A DNA stretch of 32,179 bases from Octopus bimaculoides (GCF_001194135.2 NC_068991.1:51975203-52007381), one strand, 5' to 3'. Positions 1-11,223 are shown, numbered from the stretch's first letter. Notes: a model not told the origin generated them from the sequence alone. A program made the numbers and translations.

Positions 1-32
1 GACATACATGTGTGTAGGTGTATGTATGGGTA

Positions 33-63
<31 letters not shown>

Positions 64-262
64 ATATATGTGTATATATATATATATATATTTATATAGA
101 TGTGTGTGGGTATGCATGCATATGTATGTCTGAATATTCAAAGTCATCGTTTTTTTAAATTTTATAAAAACATCGTAAAAAATTTTTAAAAAGAACTCAT
201 ACATTTTGTACATCTGTTTGTATTTGTCTTTGTATCATCTATGTAAATTAGATCCATAGTGA

Positions 263-1257
263 TCATAATAAAAATTTTACGACATTTAACGTTTTCTCGT
301 CCACTTCTATCTGGTAGGGAATTCTTTCTATGTCCTCGAATGTGGAAAAAAGCCACATTTCGAGTCCAAATCCCCACCATTTGCACACTTTTGTTTTCGC
401 CACTAGTCCCAATTCCGGTTCCTCCTTGTTAGCAGCCAACACTGTTGCAACCAACCACTCTGGTTTAATATCTGGTGTAACTCTGGGAATTCGTATTTTC
501 ACACTTCTTCCTCTATAGCTTGGTAGCAATGCTATTTTCTCACTTCTTAATATGTTGGTTGCATGCTTGGTTGCCTCTTCTATAGTGGCGAACCTCACCT
601 CAACCGTACCGAACTTTCTTCCTCTGTTGATGTACGTGGCTTCATTGACAATTTCACCCAGGCNNNNNNNNNNNNNNNNNNNNNNNNNNNNNNNNNNNNN
701 NNNNNNNNNNNNNNNNNNNNNNNNNNNNNNNNNNNNNNNNNNNNNNNNNNNNNNNNNNNNNNNNNNNNNNNNNNNNNNNNNNNNNNNNNNNNNNNNNNNN
801 NNNNNNNNNNNNNNNNNNNNNNNNNNNNNNNNNNNNNNNNNNNNNNNNNNNNNNNNNNNNNNNNNNNNNNNNNNNNNNNNNNNNNNNCCATTTCAATTTT
901 ACCGGTTTCGACAGCCTGTGTACGATACACTACTGTCCTCAGAATTTTATTTTCTTTAATCTCTTTTGGGGGACACAGTTTGTACGAGTCTCCCTCAACT
1001 TTTATCAAATTCCTGCTTCTGGTCACCTCCTCCATATCCAACTTGATTAACTTGGTTTCCAGCGGCACTGGCTTCCTCACCGCAGTGGCCTTGGCGTAGC
1101 TCTCCATACTGGAGACACTACCACTTGCCATAGCTGGAAAAAATGCAGCAGCTCACGTGAAATGCAACCGTAATAATTCCACAAAAATCACAATTATTCA
1201 CCGAGACAGTTTTCACAAAGTAACAGAACAGTATTCACAATAATTCACAGAGCCATT
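263..1257 (-). mobile_element. 5' end of a non-LTR retrotransposon (Tx1/L1-like): ~125-nt 5' UTR plus ORF1 (ATG 1131), interrupted by an N gap and truncated at ~277
   Basis: Reads MASGSVSSMESYAKAT...GKIE across the gap into LGEIVNEATYINRGRKFGTVEVRFATIEEA...YRGRSVKIRIPRVTPDIKPEWLVATVL...RIPYQIEVDEKTLNVV. This resembles the RRM-like ORF1 segments that precede the CCHC knuckles in Tx1/L1 LINEs. Intronless and GC-richer than flanks. No knuckles or ORF2 present. Clade call is from motif recall. Confidence 0.6.
664..887. other. Assembly gap (N) inside LINE ORF1
   Basis: 224 N. The only gap in the window not bordered by a microsatellite. Confidence 0.98.
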
Positions 1258-1311
1258 ATACCACGAAGCATTTCGCCCGGCGTGCTAACGATTCTGTCAG
1301 CTCGCCGCCTT
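1258..1311 (-). mobile_element. Family A SINE, 5' head only
   Basis: Reverse complement is AAGGCGGCGAGCTGACAGAATCGTTAGCACGCCGGGCGAAATGCTTCGTGGTAT, near-identical to the head at 31858; it then runs directly into the LINE 5' UTR. Confidence 0.85.
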
Positions 1312-1329
1312 AATTTCCCACTCTAATGA

Positions 1330-1480
1330 TGATTTTTATCATAGGCACTGGTCATCGAATAATAGGAGGGACCGCGATACTTGACTATCATTTATTCTAT
1401 CAACACCTTCAGTGTGAATTGAACTTGACTATTATTTATTCTATCAACATCGTCCTCAGTGTGACTTGAACTCAGGCCGC
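1330..1480 (-). repeat. Old family-A-like SINE remnant with a 44/47-bp tandem duplication
   Basis: acttgactatcatttattctatcaacaccttcagtgtgaattga (1379-1422) recurs as 1423-1469; the reverse strand shows a GAGTTCAA B-box and GTTGATAGAATAAAT resembling the family A body. Confidence 0.45.
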
Positions 1481-2032
1481 AAAGAGATGTTTCTAAAAAA
1501 TTTTTGTTCGATTCTACTCATTTTCGCAATCTATACTTAATAGTTTTTGGCTTACAAATAAAAAATCTTCTGAGCACACATTTTCACAGTAATGAAATAA
1601 TATATTTAGTTTGCGAGTGTTCAGTGAAAACGTGTGCCATGATTCTGTACTTAGTTTATTCTATAATCAAAATATCTAGTCTACATCTTCACCACCCTCT
1701 CACCCACCCACTACCAGTATCTTTGGACTCGTCCATTTTTCCTGCAACGTTCAAGTTAAGAGTTATTATGTGTCATGTTGAATATCAACTTCATCTCATC
1801 TAACTTAAACAATCAATTCGGTTGCAGCCTGCAATCTGTTCAATCCATGATATTCCCGTGGAGAGTGAAACCAAAGTCTGAATTTATTTCATGTTTTCCA
1901 CAGATAGATTTCACTCCAGTTTCATCAGTATTTAGTTTCAGCAGTTTCACGTCTGCGAACTCGCTTCTCTTCTTTTTGGTCCGAGCATTCTCAATTATTC
2001 ACATATTACATTACCTGACGTATTTTAAAACA

Positions 2033-2034
<2 letters not shown>

Positions 2035-2085
<51 letters not shown>
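2035..2085. repeat. (CA)n microsatellite
   Basis: Direct reading. Confidence 0.97.
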
Positions 2086-2086
<1 letters not shown>

Positions 2087-2299
2087 GCATAGTGAACTGG
2101 GAGGTCGCTATAAGAAGAGTAAGATTTAGCATAAAATAGCAGTGTTCGGTAAAACACACAACACTTATTACGAAACGAAAAGCTAAACATTTAAATAGGT
2201 GAGGTGGAGAGGGATAATTTTGTGAAAAAACGCTACAAAAGTGCAGAACTGTGATTCAAAGCTATTCTGCATGTGTTAGAATAATTGATCTATATTTGA

Positions 2300-2400
2300 T
2301 GACAGGTTCTTGTCAATGTGTATTATTAAGCAGACCTATGATCAAAAACTTTCCAAATGTGACGATCCGGTCTTTTTCTTATACTACATTAACCAATGGC
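2300..2400 (-). mobile_element. Family D repeat fragment
   Basis: gcagacctatgatcaaaaactttccaaatgtgacgatccggtcttttt aligns with 29195-29250 and with the reverse complement of 10760-10815. Confidence 0.45.
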
Positions 2401-3360
2401 AGATTTGTGGAAGATTTTGTCTGTCATTTCAAGCAGACAGAGTGACCTGGCTTTAGTTGTGGAGAGTGATTTGGATTCAGATAAGTTCCATAGTTATAGT
2501 TCCGCTCTACTTCGTTGCTTAATCACAATTCATTCGAAGCACTGGACAATCAGAAGTCATATATTGTGTTTCTGAGAGTGTCTTTGACTGGTACCGTTAG
2601 GTTTTTATTCGAAGATAACAAAAGACATGATGTTACTAATCGGCTCACAGAGACAGATTTCGTTCCCAGCAGCCAGATATATTTCACATAATTATGAGTG
2701 TCGAAGTTGCTTTAAATTTGTTCCAACTAATATCGCATAAGTGATAGTTCGTTATTTGTTGGGTAAAAATTATCAAAATGTGCATCAGATTAGACCAACC
2801 AGATCATGTTATGTTTAGCATTTACGTCTAATGACATTCATTCATACATACATACAATTCTTTAATTCATATACTACAAACGATCACACTATCTAGAACA
2901 ACAAAGATCTGCAAGACCTTAATATTTGAAGGATGATGAACTAAAACAAGATACTTTCCTTCAAAACCTCACTACTAAGCAGGTGGCCAGTCAAAATTAA
3001 CTTTCAATTTAAGAAAGATGAAAAAGGAAAACATACGTACATTTATCTGAGTTTCTGCTATGAAGAATTTCCATTAGTCTCTATATTTAAAGTAGTGTTT
3101 CCATCGTGGTTGTTATAGTCACAATATTTCAGCTATTCTCCCCTCTGGACTCCTACAGTATCCCGTCATGCTCAACCTTTAAACAAAACATTTCATCCAA
3201 ACTTTCATTGAACTCACTGAGGTAGATGGTTCTCATTCTTTTCTGCATATCAGAGATGTCTTATCAAATGGTCTCGTACTTGTGAGGCCGTGTGTCGGTC
3301 CCACTTTAACCACATTATTATATAGACTCACTCGGTGATTGAACTCGTGCCCATAAAAAT

Positions 3361-3575
3361 AATAGTTCCAAATTTGGGCACGAGGCCAGAAATTTCGGGA
3401 GAGGGTGTAACTGGATTACATTGACCCCAGGGCCCAACTGGTACTTACTTTATCGACCCCGAAAGGATGAGAGGCAAAGTCGACCTTAGTGGAATTTTGA
3501 ACTCAGAAGGTAAAGATGGACGAAATGCCGCTAAGCATTTTGACCAGCATGCTAACTAGTCTGCCAGCTCGCTGC
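3361..3575 (-). mobile_element. Family A SINE, full length
   Basis: Reverse complement has A-box GCTGGCAGA, B-box GAGTTCAAAATTCC, body GGTCGACTTTGCCTCTCATCCTTTCGGGGTCGATAAAGTAAGTACCAG and tail GGCCTCGTGCCCAAATTTGGAAC. Confidence 0.92.
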
Positions 3576-3639
3576 TCTCTAATGGCTATAACATTGATTG
3601 TTGAACCCTCTCCCGACTGAAGAACTCACTACTAATACA

Positions 3640-3746
<107 letters not shown>

Positions 3747-3849
3747 ACGCGCGCGCGTACGTATGTGCATGTATGTATGTATTCCTTTTACTGAGGGAAT
3801 ATTACCATGATGTTATTTCAGGCATATGATGAAATAATAGTACTAATAC

Positions 3850-4024
3850 CTGGTTAACCGAATTAACTGACTTCTGCCAGTTATTTTGGTGGGCGAGAAA
3901 GGTCCTATATGAACAGATCCACCAGGAAATCGAAACCAAATCACGGTATTTCGCTCACACTCATTAATTACATATGACGTAAAGTTATAATTTAAAGTAG
4001 ACGTCAAGCGGTGAGTATAGATTC
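3850..4024 (-). CDS. Candidate coding exon of an unidentified gene (175 nt, phase 1 to 2)
   Basis: Acceptor ttttcaatgtttccagcag| (NAGNAG), donor ACCAG|gtatta; stop-free (G)IYTHRLTSTLNYNFTSYVINECERNTVIWFRFPGGSVHIGPFSPTKITGRSQLIRLT(R). No family recognised. Confidence 0.45.
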
Positions 4025-4341
4025 CTGCTGGAAACATTGAAAATATCTCACAGTCGTATGATTTAAGAACAAAAACTTTTATCATCTTGCATCCGTTTGT
4101 AATGATCAATGTAAATAAACAGCACCTTGCTCGTTTATGGAATGTGTCTCCATTGCTCATTTACGTTTTGTAGGAAGACTTGTATTTATGATTATTTTTA
4201 TTTTTCCCCTTCTTTTCACGTCTTTGTCACTGGTTATTATTCATTTCCTGTGACCGGATATCAACTTTTTCTCAGCTGTAGGTCTAAATTAGACGAGGTC
4301 GTTTCAGACTCTTATATTGTATCAATATTTGCAGTTGACAA

Positions 4342-4560
4342 GGCGGTGGGCTGGTAGAATCGTTAGCACACCGAGCAAAGTGCTGAGCGGCTTTTCTTCC
4401 ATCTTAAAGTTCTGAGTTCAAATTCCTCCGAAATCGACTTTACTTTTCATCCTTTCGGGGTCGATAAAATAAGTACCCGTTCAACACTGGAGTCGATGTA
4501 ATCGACTTATCTTCTCCCCCTGAAGTTGTTGGCCTTGTGCCAAAATTTGAAACCAATATT
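4342..4560 (+). mobile_element. Family A SINE, first unit of a head-to-tail pair
   Basis: GGCGGTGGGCTGGTAGAATCGTTAGC...GAGTTCAAATTCC...GGCCTTGTGCCAAAATTTGAAACCAATATT. Confidence 0.93.
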
Positions 4561-4572
4561 TGTGGATGACAA

Positions 4573-4786
4573 GGCGGCGAGCTGGCAGAATTGTTAGCGC
4601 GCCGAGCAAAGTGTTTGGTAACATTTCGTTGGTCCTTACGTTCTGAATTCAAATTCCGCCGAGATCCACTTTGCCTTTCATCTTTTCGGAGTTGATGAAA
4701 TAAGTACCAGCGCTGGGGGTCGATGTAATCAACTTATTCCCTCCCGCAAACCTGCTGGTCTTGTGCTAAAATTTGGAACCAATATT
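4573..4786 (+). mobile_element. Family A SINE, second unit of a head-to-tail pair
   Basis: Same head/body/tail; the pair is flanked by the identical 16-mer caatatttgcagttga at 4323-4338 and 4780-4795. Confidence 0.93.
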
Positions 4787-5203
4787 TGCAGTTGAGGTGA
4801 GCACTGTAGAACAAGAGACATGCAACCAATCCTCTGAGTCCAGGAAACAGTTTCGTTTGGCGTTAAGAAACTATTCCACTTGCTTTTCGTCGCTGATAAC
4901 TGAGAAAATTATGAAAATTACAACATCGTTTCTTATAACATCCTAAATGAATATAAAACTGGTTTGATCACTTCAGAACGCTACATCAAACCATCAAAGA
5001 AAGAAAAATCCTCAACATCTATCGAAACATGAAACCGGTGCTTATTATTAGTTTGTTTGCTTGTTTGTTTTACTTTAAAATATTTAAGAGATAAAAGGTG
5101 ACCATCGTTAGTATGAATGTCAATCCCAAATAGAGTCACCAGGTAGACTAATTGAATTCAGTGCTGCAAGGCAATGAAAGACTGATTAATGGTGCAGTGC
5201 TTA

Positions 5204-5205
<2 letters not shown>

Positions 5206-5278
<73 letters not shown>
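5206..5278. repeat. (GT)n microsatellite
   Basis: Direct reading. Confidence 0.97.
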
Positions 5279-5281
<3 letters not shown>

Positions 5282-5602
5282 AATATCATCTTAGATATTT
5301 GCGTTTGGTCACTAAAAATGGAAGTTCTTTAGTATGGATACAAAATAGCCACCGATTGGAACCGACACAGAGTTGCTGATAGGACGTGAACAGTCAACCT
5401 GGTGGTTGATTTGACTATTGTAACAGGTTTCCTATTTACCTAGCATGGTTAGTCCTAAACATTCAATGTTCTATATTAAATGCTTAAGCCTATATCTTTG
5501 ACCACTTCCTCCTTTTAAAATCGTTGACCAGACAACTAATGAGGAAGCACTAAATGCTCACATATCCCACCCAGATTTGATAACGTAGTCCGAGGTATAT
5601 TC

Positions 5603-5836
5603 TGCCGGTTTTGATGAACAGGTACATTTCTTAAAACTGGTAACATTCCGAGACAAGTCTGACCAACTTAAGGAAATGCTAAAACAAAATTAAACTGCCG
5701 GTTTCCATGTACAGGAACGTTTCATAAAACTGGTAACGTTCCTAGACAAGTCTAACTAACTTAAAGAAGTGCTAAAAGTGAAATTAAACTCATGATCCAT
5801 AAACCAGCAGTCCAATGCCGTAACCACTCGGCCAGT
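5603..5836 (-). mobile_element. tRNA-Ser(GCT)-headed SINE or tRNA pseudogene with a tandemly duplicated 93/94-bp body
   Basis: Reverse complement of 5806-5834 is TGGCCGAGTGGTTACGGCATTGGACTGCT, 26/29 to the tRNA-Ser(GCT) 5' half as I recall it; degenerate B-box GAGTTTAATTTC; 5603-5695 and 5696-5789 are diverged tandem copies. Confidence 0.6.
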
Positions 5837-6789
5837 TAGAAGCTAAAATATTTATGTATTTCCAATTGCCTGCTGCTCAATATTGGTCGAGAACAAATTT
5901 ATTGATCTGCACCATGAGTAATGGGTAGAAGTTTTTTTGTTTTTTTTTTCTCAAGGACTTCAAAGTTATAATTCTCAAGAGATACATTTATGAAAAGCTT
6001 CAGTTTTCTCTATGAAGCTGTCGTGTGAAGCTATAGAAAGTTCAATTAACTCTATTTATACTTCACTATAACAATCACTACTAATTAGGCGCTAGTTTGG
6101 CTCGTTCATGTCACGAACCATTCCGAAAAATCATCAATAAGAAAGCAAACAAAAACAAAAAAAATAATAAACCAACAACGTTATCATTAGTCAGCTGAAT
6201 GGAATAATTCTTATTTGAGATCAGCTTTAAACAAACGGAGTAGTTCATTCAATAGATGTAGATTCCCATAAATTAACAGCCACCTCGAAATAAGTTCAGT
6301 GCGAAACATTGACAATTCTGGCAGCTACAGAGTTAACATTTTGGAGATAATTAGAATTAAGTTCGGAGCTATTTAAAATACCAAAAATAAATAAAAAGAT
6401 AACAGAACAGCTATAAGATGATGTACAGCCGCCGAAACTTATAGCAGCAGTACGTATAAATACTGGAAACGTTCTTTTATACATATATCCTAACATACAT
6501 GCACACTCACATACATACACACCAATGTTTGCTCGCAAACACACACTCACAAACTTATAAACGTTTCGAGCACACACATAAACAATTACGCACACACTCG
6601 CCTACAGGCACGTATATAGGCGTTTTTGCATGTATACTGAACAGATGCATCTGTCCACTGAGAGAAGCACTCACATATCCAAGAAAGATACCTCTAGACT
6701 GATGTCATGACAAGTATGTGTACAATACAGTCCATAGATACAGCAAACATTCACGTACCTAATAACACTTGGACATAGATAAGTGTGTG

Positions 6790-6795
6790 ATTATT

Positions 6796-6856
<61 letters not shown>

Positions 6857-7162
6857 GTATATATACAGACATATAAATATACACATATATATATATATAC
6901 ACACGCACACACATACATATATATACTTATATACTAAGATAGATACAAACATATGTACATACACATACATTACACACACTTGCAAACGCGCGCGCACACT
7001 AACATTTACGCACGCATTTATATGTATATATATGTGTGTGTGTGTGTGTGTGTACAGCTTATATATAGGTGTAGTGTGTGTATATCTATCTATATATATA
7101 TATATACAAGAATAAGGGCATAATGTTGGAGAAGCAACTCAATGCTAATCCCTGTATATTTA

Positions 7163-7210
<48 letters not shown>

Positions 7211-7436
7211 CATACATGTGCATATATATGTACATATGTACATAATATGTATGTATGTTTGTATGTATGTATGCATATACACATATACGCATGCATTTAT
7301 ATGTATAAGTATATTTGTGTGTGTGTACAGCTTATGTATATATGTGTATTGTGTGTATATCTATGTATATATGCATATATATGTGCATATATATGTACAT
7401 ATTATCTGCATTATATGTATGTATATATGTATGTAT

Positions 7437-7503
<67 letters not shown>

Positions 7504-7587
7504 AACGTACATATTTGTATATACATACACGTATGTAGATAGATATAGTGATATATAAAGTGTTTTGCATGTATGTGTGTGTGTGTG
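6790..7587. repeat. Compound (TA)/(CA)/(TATG) microsatellite field
   Basis: Direct reading; contains a ~275-bp higher-order duplication (gtacagcttat at 7052 and 7325). Confidence 0.95.
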
Positions 7588-7944
7588 NNNNNNNNNNNNN
7601 NNNNNNNNNNNNNNNNNNNNNNNNNNNNNNNNNNNNNNNNNNNNNNNNNNNNNNNNNNNNNNNNNNNNNNNNNNNNNNNNNNNNNNNNNNNNNNNNNNNN
7701 NNNNNNNNNNNNNNNNNNNNNNNNNNNNNNNNNNNNNNNNNNNNNNNNNNNNNNNNNNNNNNNNNNNNNNNNNNNNNNNNNNNNNNNNNNNNNNNNNNNN
7801 NNNNNNNNNNNNNNNNNNNNNNNNNNNNNNNNNNNNNNNNNNNNNNNNNNNNNNNNNNNNNNNNNNNNNNNNNNNNNNNNNNNNNNNNNNNNNNNNNNNN
7901 NNNNNNNNNNNNNNNNNNNNNNNNNNNNNNNNNNNNNNNNNNNN
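7588..7944. other. Assembly gap (N)
   Basis: N run after (GT)n. Confidence 0.98.
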
Positions 7945-8152
7945 GTAAAACACTGTAATAGTTATTTACTGCGTGCACTCTGTTAGGAAGAAACCGTTTC
8001 ACAACTTATGCACGCAGGCAACTGAGGGTGTTAATGTTGCTGTTTATGTAATATATATTACTTGTCCAACAAGAATTGATGGCTATATTTTACTCTGTTG
8101 ATGTGTGCTGATAGCACAAGGAAACAGATATTACATTATTGTGTGCGCGCGC

Positions 8153-8196
<44 letters not shown>

Positions 8197-8435
8197 GCGT
8201 GTGCGTGTGCGTGTGCGTGTGTGTGAGAGTTTGTGTTTTGTTCCCTGTAAGCTCTCATCAAACTGAGAATGTGACAGTCTCAATCCCGTAAAAGCTATGC
8301 CACTTTTTATACATAACTATCAAAAGACATAAACAACACAAAAATTACGTCACAGTCCTAAATTTTTAGGTTTTGTACATAGTAGAACATAATCCAATAT
8401 TGTGTATATATGTCTTATTATCTCATATAATATAA

Positions 8436-8640
8436 GGCGGCGAAATGGTGGATTCGTTAGAGCATCGGAAAACTACTTAGCGGTATTTCTTTCAACTCTT
8501 TACATTCTGAGTTCAAATGAAGCTCATGTGAATTTTGCCTTCATCCTTTCGAGATCGATGACATAAAATACTAGCCATGTACTGTAATTGACTGACCCAC
8601 CTCCCCTCAAAATTACGGGCCTTGTAACTAAATCACAAAT
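8436..8640 (+). mobile_element. Family A SINE, diverged copy
   Basis: GGCGGCGAAATGGTGGATTCGTTAG...CTGAGTTCAAAT...GCCTTCATCCTTTCGAGATCGAT...GGGCCTTGTAACTAAAT. Confidence 0.8.
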
Positions 8641-8772
8641 CACCCTTGGATATAGAGCGTATATTATAGAGTACTCAATGCTAGCGTAGGTAGCTACTAT
8701 GAAACCTAACAAATGTAATGGGTTTATATATTCTGGTCACAAACAGTAGTAGTTTCATTTCCCGATAAATAG

Positions 8773-8913
8773 GACTGTACTGGAATAATGGACTACCAAT
8801 GTATTGTTGCACAAGCAGACACCGTTATAAAAGATTTTCAGAAAATTCCAAATTGAATGAATATATCATGTTTCAACCAGACGTATTGACATCATTAAAG
8901 TGGAGTTTCCAAA
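8773..8913 (+). CDS. Weak candidate exon on the + strand (141 nt, phase 1-1)
   Basis: tttcatttcccgataaatag| (G)LYWNNGLPMYCCTSRHRYKRFSENSKLNEYIMFQPDVLTSLKWSFQ |gtaaga; could be chance. Confidence 0.2.
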
Positions 8914-9198
8914 GTAAGATTAATGCTAGTGAGCGGATGAGTGAATGAACAAATAAAATATAAGGCCACTGATTGGGTCACGGCTGTAACTACTTCCGTA
9001 GTTTAAGTAAAAGTGGCAAATATAACCGCACTCAAAACTTGATCGTCATTAATATTTTAGATAAGATTTTTATTTCCAATTAACGTTAGGTACTATTGGC
9101 ATTGTAGAGAACGAAACGAGGACTTACCTTAACAGAAATGTTTCATAATAAAAGAATGTTGGAAACATTAGCAAGATATTTAACATAACTTTCTTCAG

Positions 9199-9338
9199 AT
9201 ATATTTAATCAGGCTGCGCAATATTCTATGAATACATTAATGTTTGAGAAACTCAGATTTAAAAGGAAACTAGAATACATAACAGAACACTTCAATTGCC
9301 AAAGAAAAGGCCCTGTTTCAATCCATTCTTCAGCATAA
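9199..9338 (+). CDS. Weak candidate terminal exon on the + strand
   Basis: aactttcttcag| then, in phase 1, IFNQAAQYSMNTLMFEKLRFKRKLEYITEHFNCQRKGPVSIHSSA*; phase-compatible with 8773-8913. Confidence 0.17.
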
Positions 9339-10684
9339 ATGTCACGAAACATAACACGAAATTTGTGTTTATCAAAACCATTTTCCCTGTTAATACTAGT
9401 ACAAGCTCTTCATAAAAAAAAGTAAAAGTTAGCTATAGTTGTGTTTAGATATCTTTAATCTCAAAGAGATTTATTTTTAATGATTAACTGCATGCACACA
9501 GGGACAAGACTAAACCACAGTTCAAATGCAACCTCAATAAAGCAACATTGTGTCTACTAAACAGTAAGTGCCTTACAAAGGCACCGGCATGTTAGGATAA
9601 TATGGTACCCCAATATGGTTCTGCAAAAAAAGTACTTCAGACTTGCAGAAAATACTTTCAAAAACTGATTATATATACAAAATATACACTCCTTCTCGAA
9701 CTGAAGCACAGGGAAAATAACGTAGCTATCGATAGAATGAAAACTTCATCCTCGAACAAATTACTAAACTCTACAATATATATGGGCTACATTTTTTTGT
9801 TTCGCTTGTACAATGAAACAGAAACAAACACACACGCATGTGTTTATAGATATGTGTGTGTTTGTTTCCATGTGTATAAAACATATAGAATGTCAACTTA
9901 AATGTCTAATGTAATTCCTTCTTTCTGTCACCTTGGAGAGAGAAAGCAGTGGCTGTGCTGAAAAATTAAGAAATTCATATAAAGGCAAAGAGAGTGAGAT
10001 AAAGTGAGAGAAATAAACAACAATCAACAGCAAGTGAGACGGGCAGTCATGTGAGTAAACCAGGAAGTGCACTGATAGATGGAAAAGAGTAAGATAGGAA
10101 GAATTAATGTAAGAGCAGAGAAATAGAAAAATAAGAAAGAACTCTACAATAGAGCTCTACAATGTAATAAAATAACAGGGGTACAAAGATTGCGAGAATG
10201 ATTGAACTAGAGAGAGAGAGAGAGAGTGTGTGTGCTTCATGTACAATATCACAGTATATACAGGGGAGGTAAGCGGTTGGAAAACGAAAGGAAGAAACGG
10301 AAGCTGATGTTGATTAACTGAGGGAAATACTGAGAGAGAAGGAAAGGTATTATAAAATATGTGAGTCAATGAAATTAATGAAGGGAATGAGTAGAGATAA
10401 AACGAATAAGAATAACCGAAAAAAGACAAAATACACAAACACACACAACACGCGTATGTAGTTGTGTAATTATGGTAGACTTTTTCGTTTATGTGTTTTT
10501 GGTTTGAGAAACGATGTTAAATTCTTCCTGTTCTTTAACAACACGTTTGATTAGTATAAGAAGTGTGTCTAATACGATTGCTGTGCTAATGGAAGAAGAA
10601 AGATTAAGTTAGATGTAAGATGGCACCATTGGGTCTCAGTGTTTTTACTTTCATCAGATCAAACAAGATAGACATACTCGAACG

Positions 10685-10868
10685 AAATTCCTACAAATTA
10701 CACCCAACTGTTTTACAGACAGGAAGGACACATTGAATAATGTAGTTTCTGATATTTAAAATGGCGGCATGGTCCCGACTGAAATGTTCTTTGATCATTG
10801 GACTGCTCGGTCAGGGCTGAGCTGGGGCTAATAGCAATATAACAATAACAACAGTAATAACAACAACA
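10685..10868 (+). mobile_element. Family D retroposon 3' end with (AAC/AAT)n tail
   Basis: ggaaggacacattgaataatgtag...ggtcccgactgaaatgttctttgatcattggactgctcggtcagggctgagctggggctaa followed by aataacaacagtaataacaacaac; homologous segments near 2330, 27020 and 29200. Confidence 0.6.
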
Positions 10869-11223
10869 AAAATGTAAATAGTTTGGTAAAAATAACAAAA
10901 TTACCATTTGTTAAAACAAAGAAGGAGAATAACTAAATAAATACTAAATTCCTTCTTAGAGAACAATAAAACTCCCCCAAATTAGTATTTACTACCATTC
11001 ACGAAGTTCATTTTGGAATACTTACTAAAAGCAATGAATTAAAAGAAATTTAACAGACTACAGAAACAAACAAATCTACATAAATCCACACTGATGAAAC
11101 ACAAGCAATATTTCTAAAGAAATAAAGAACCTTTAAACATAAATGCAAGAAAACGAACACCATTCTATGAAAGAAAAAAAAAAAAGTCGAACACCACTCT
11201 AGGCAAAAAACAGAAAGAAACAT

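Noticed and set aside
173-282. Short inverted repeat TCGTAAAA(AA)TTTTTA near the LINE truncation point
   Set aside because: About 14 bp of mostly A/T; expected by chance.
330-1099. Plus-strand ORFs of 62-178 aa
   Set aside because: Antisense shadows of the LINE ORF1, extended by the N gap.
4342-4795. Tandem repeats with short spacers, superficially CRISPR-like
   Set aside because: Units are ~215-bp SINEs with Pol III boxes and the spacer is a TSD copy; no cas genes and a eukaryotic context.
6783-8002. Many 60-210 aa ORFs rich in YIYI/HTHT/CVCV
   Set aside because: Translations of microsatellites and N runs. The same applies to the ORFs at 3579-3829, 11050-12456, 13384-13787, 15524-16324, 17952-18390, 21046-21363, 22025-22620, 24444-24778 and 27183-27876.
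9128-9270. Perfect minus-strand donor AAG|GTAAGT at 9128
   Set aside because: All frames from nearby acceptors contain stops; at most a non-coding exon.
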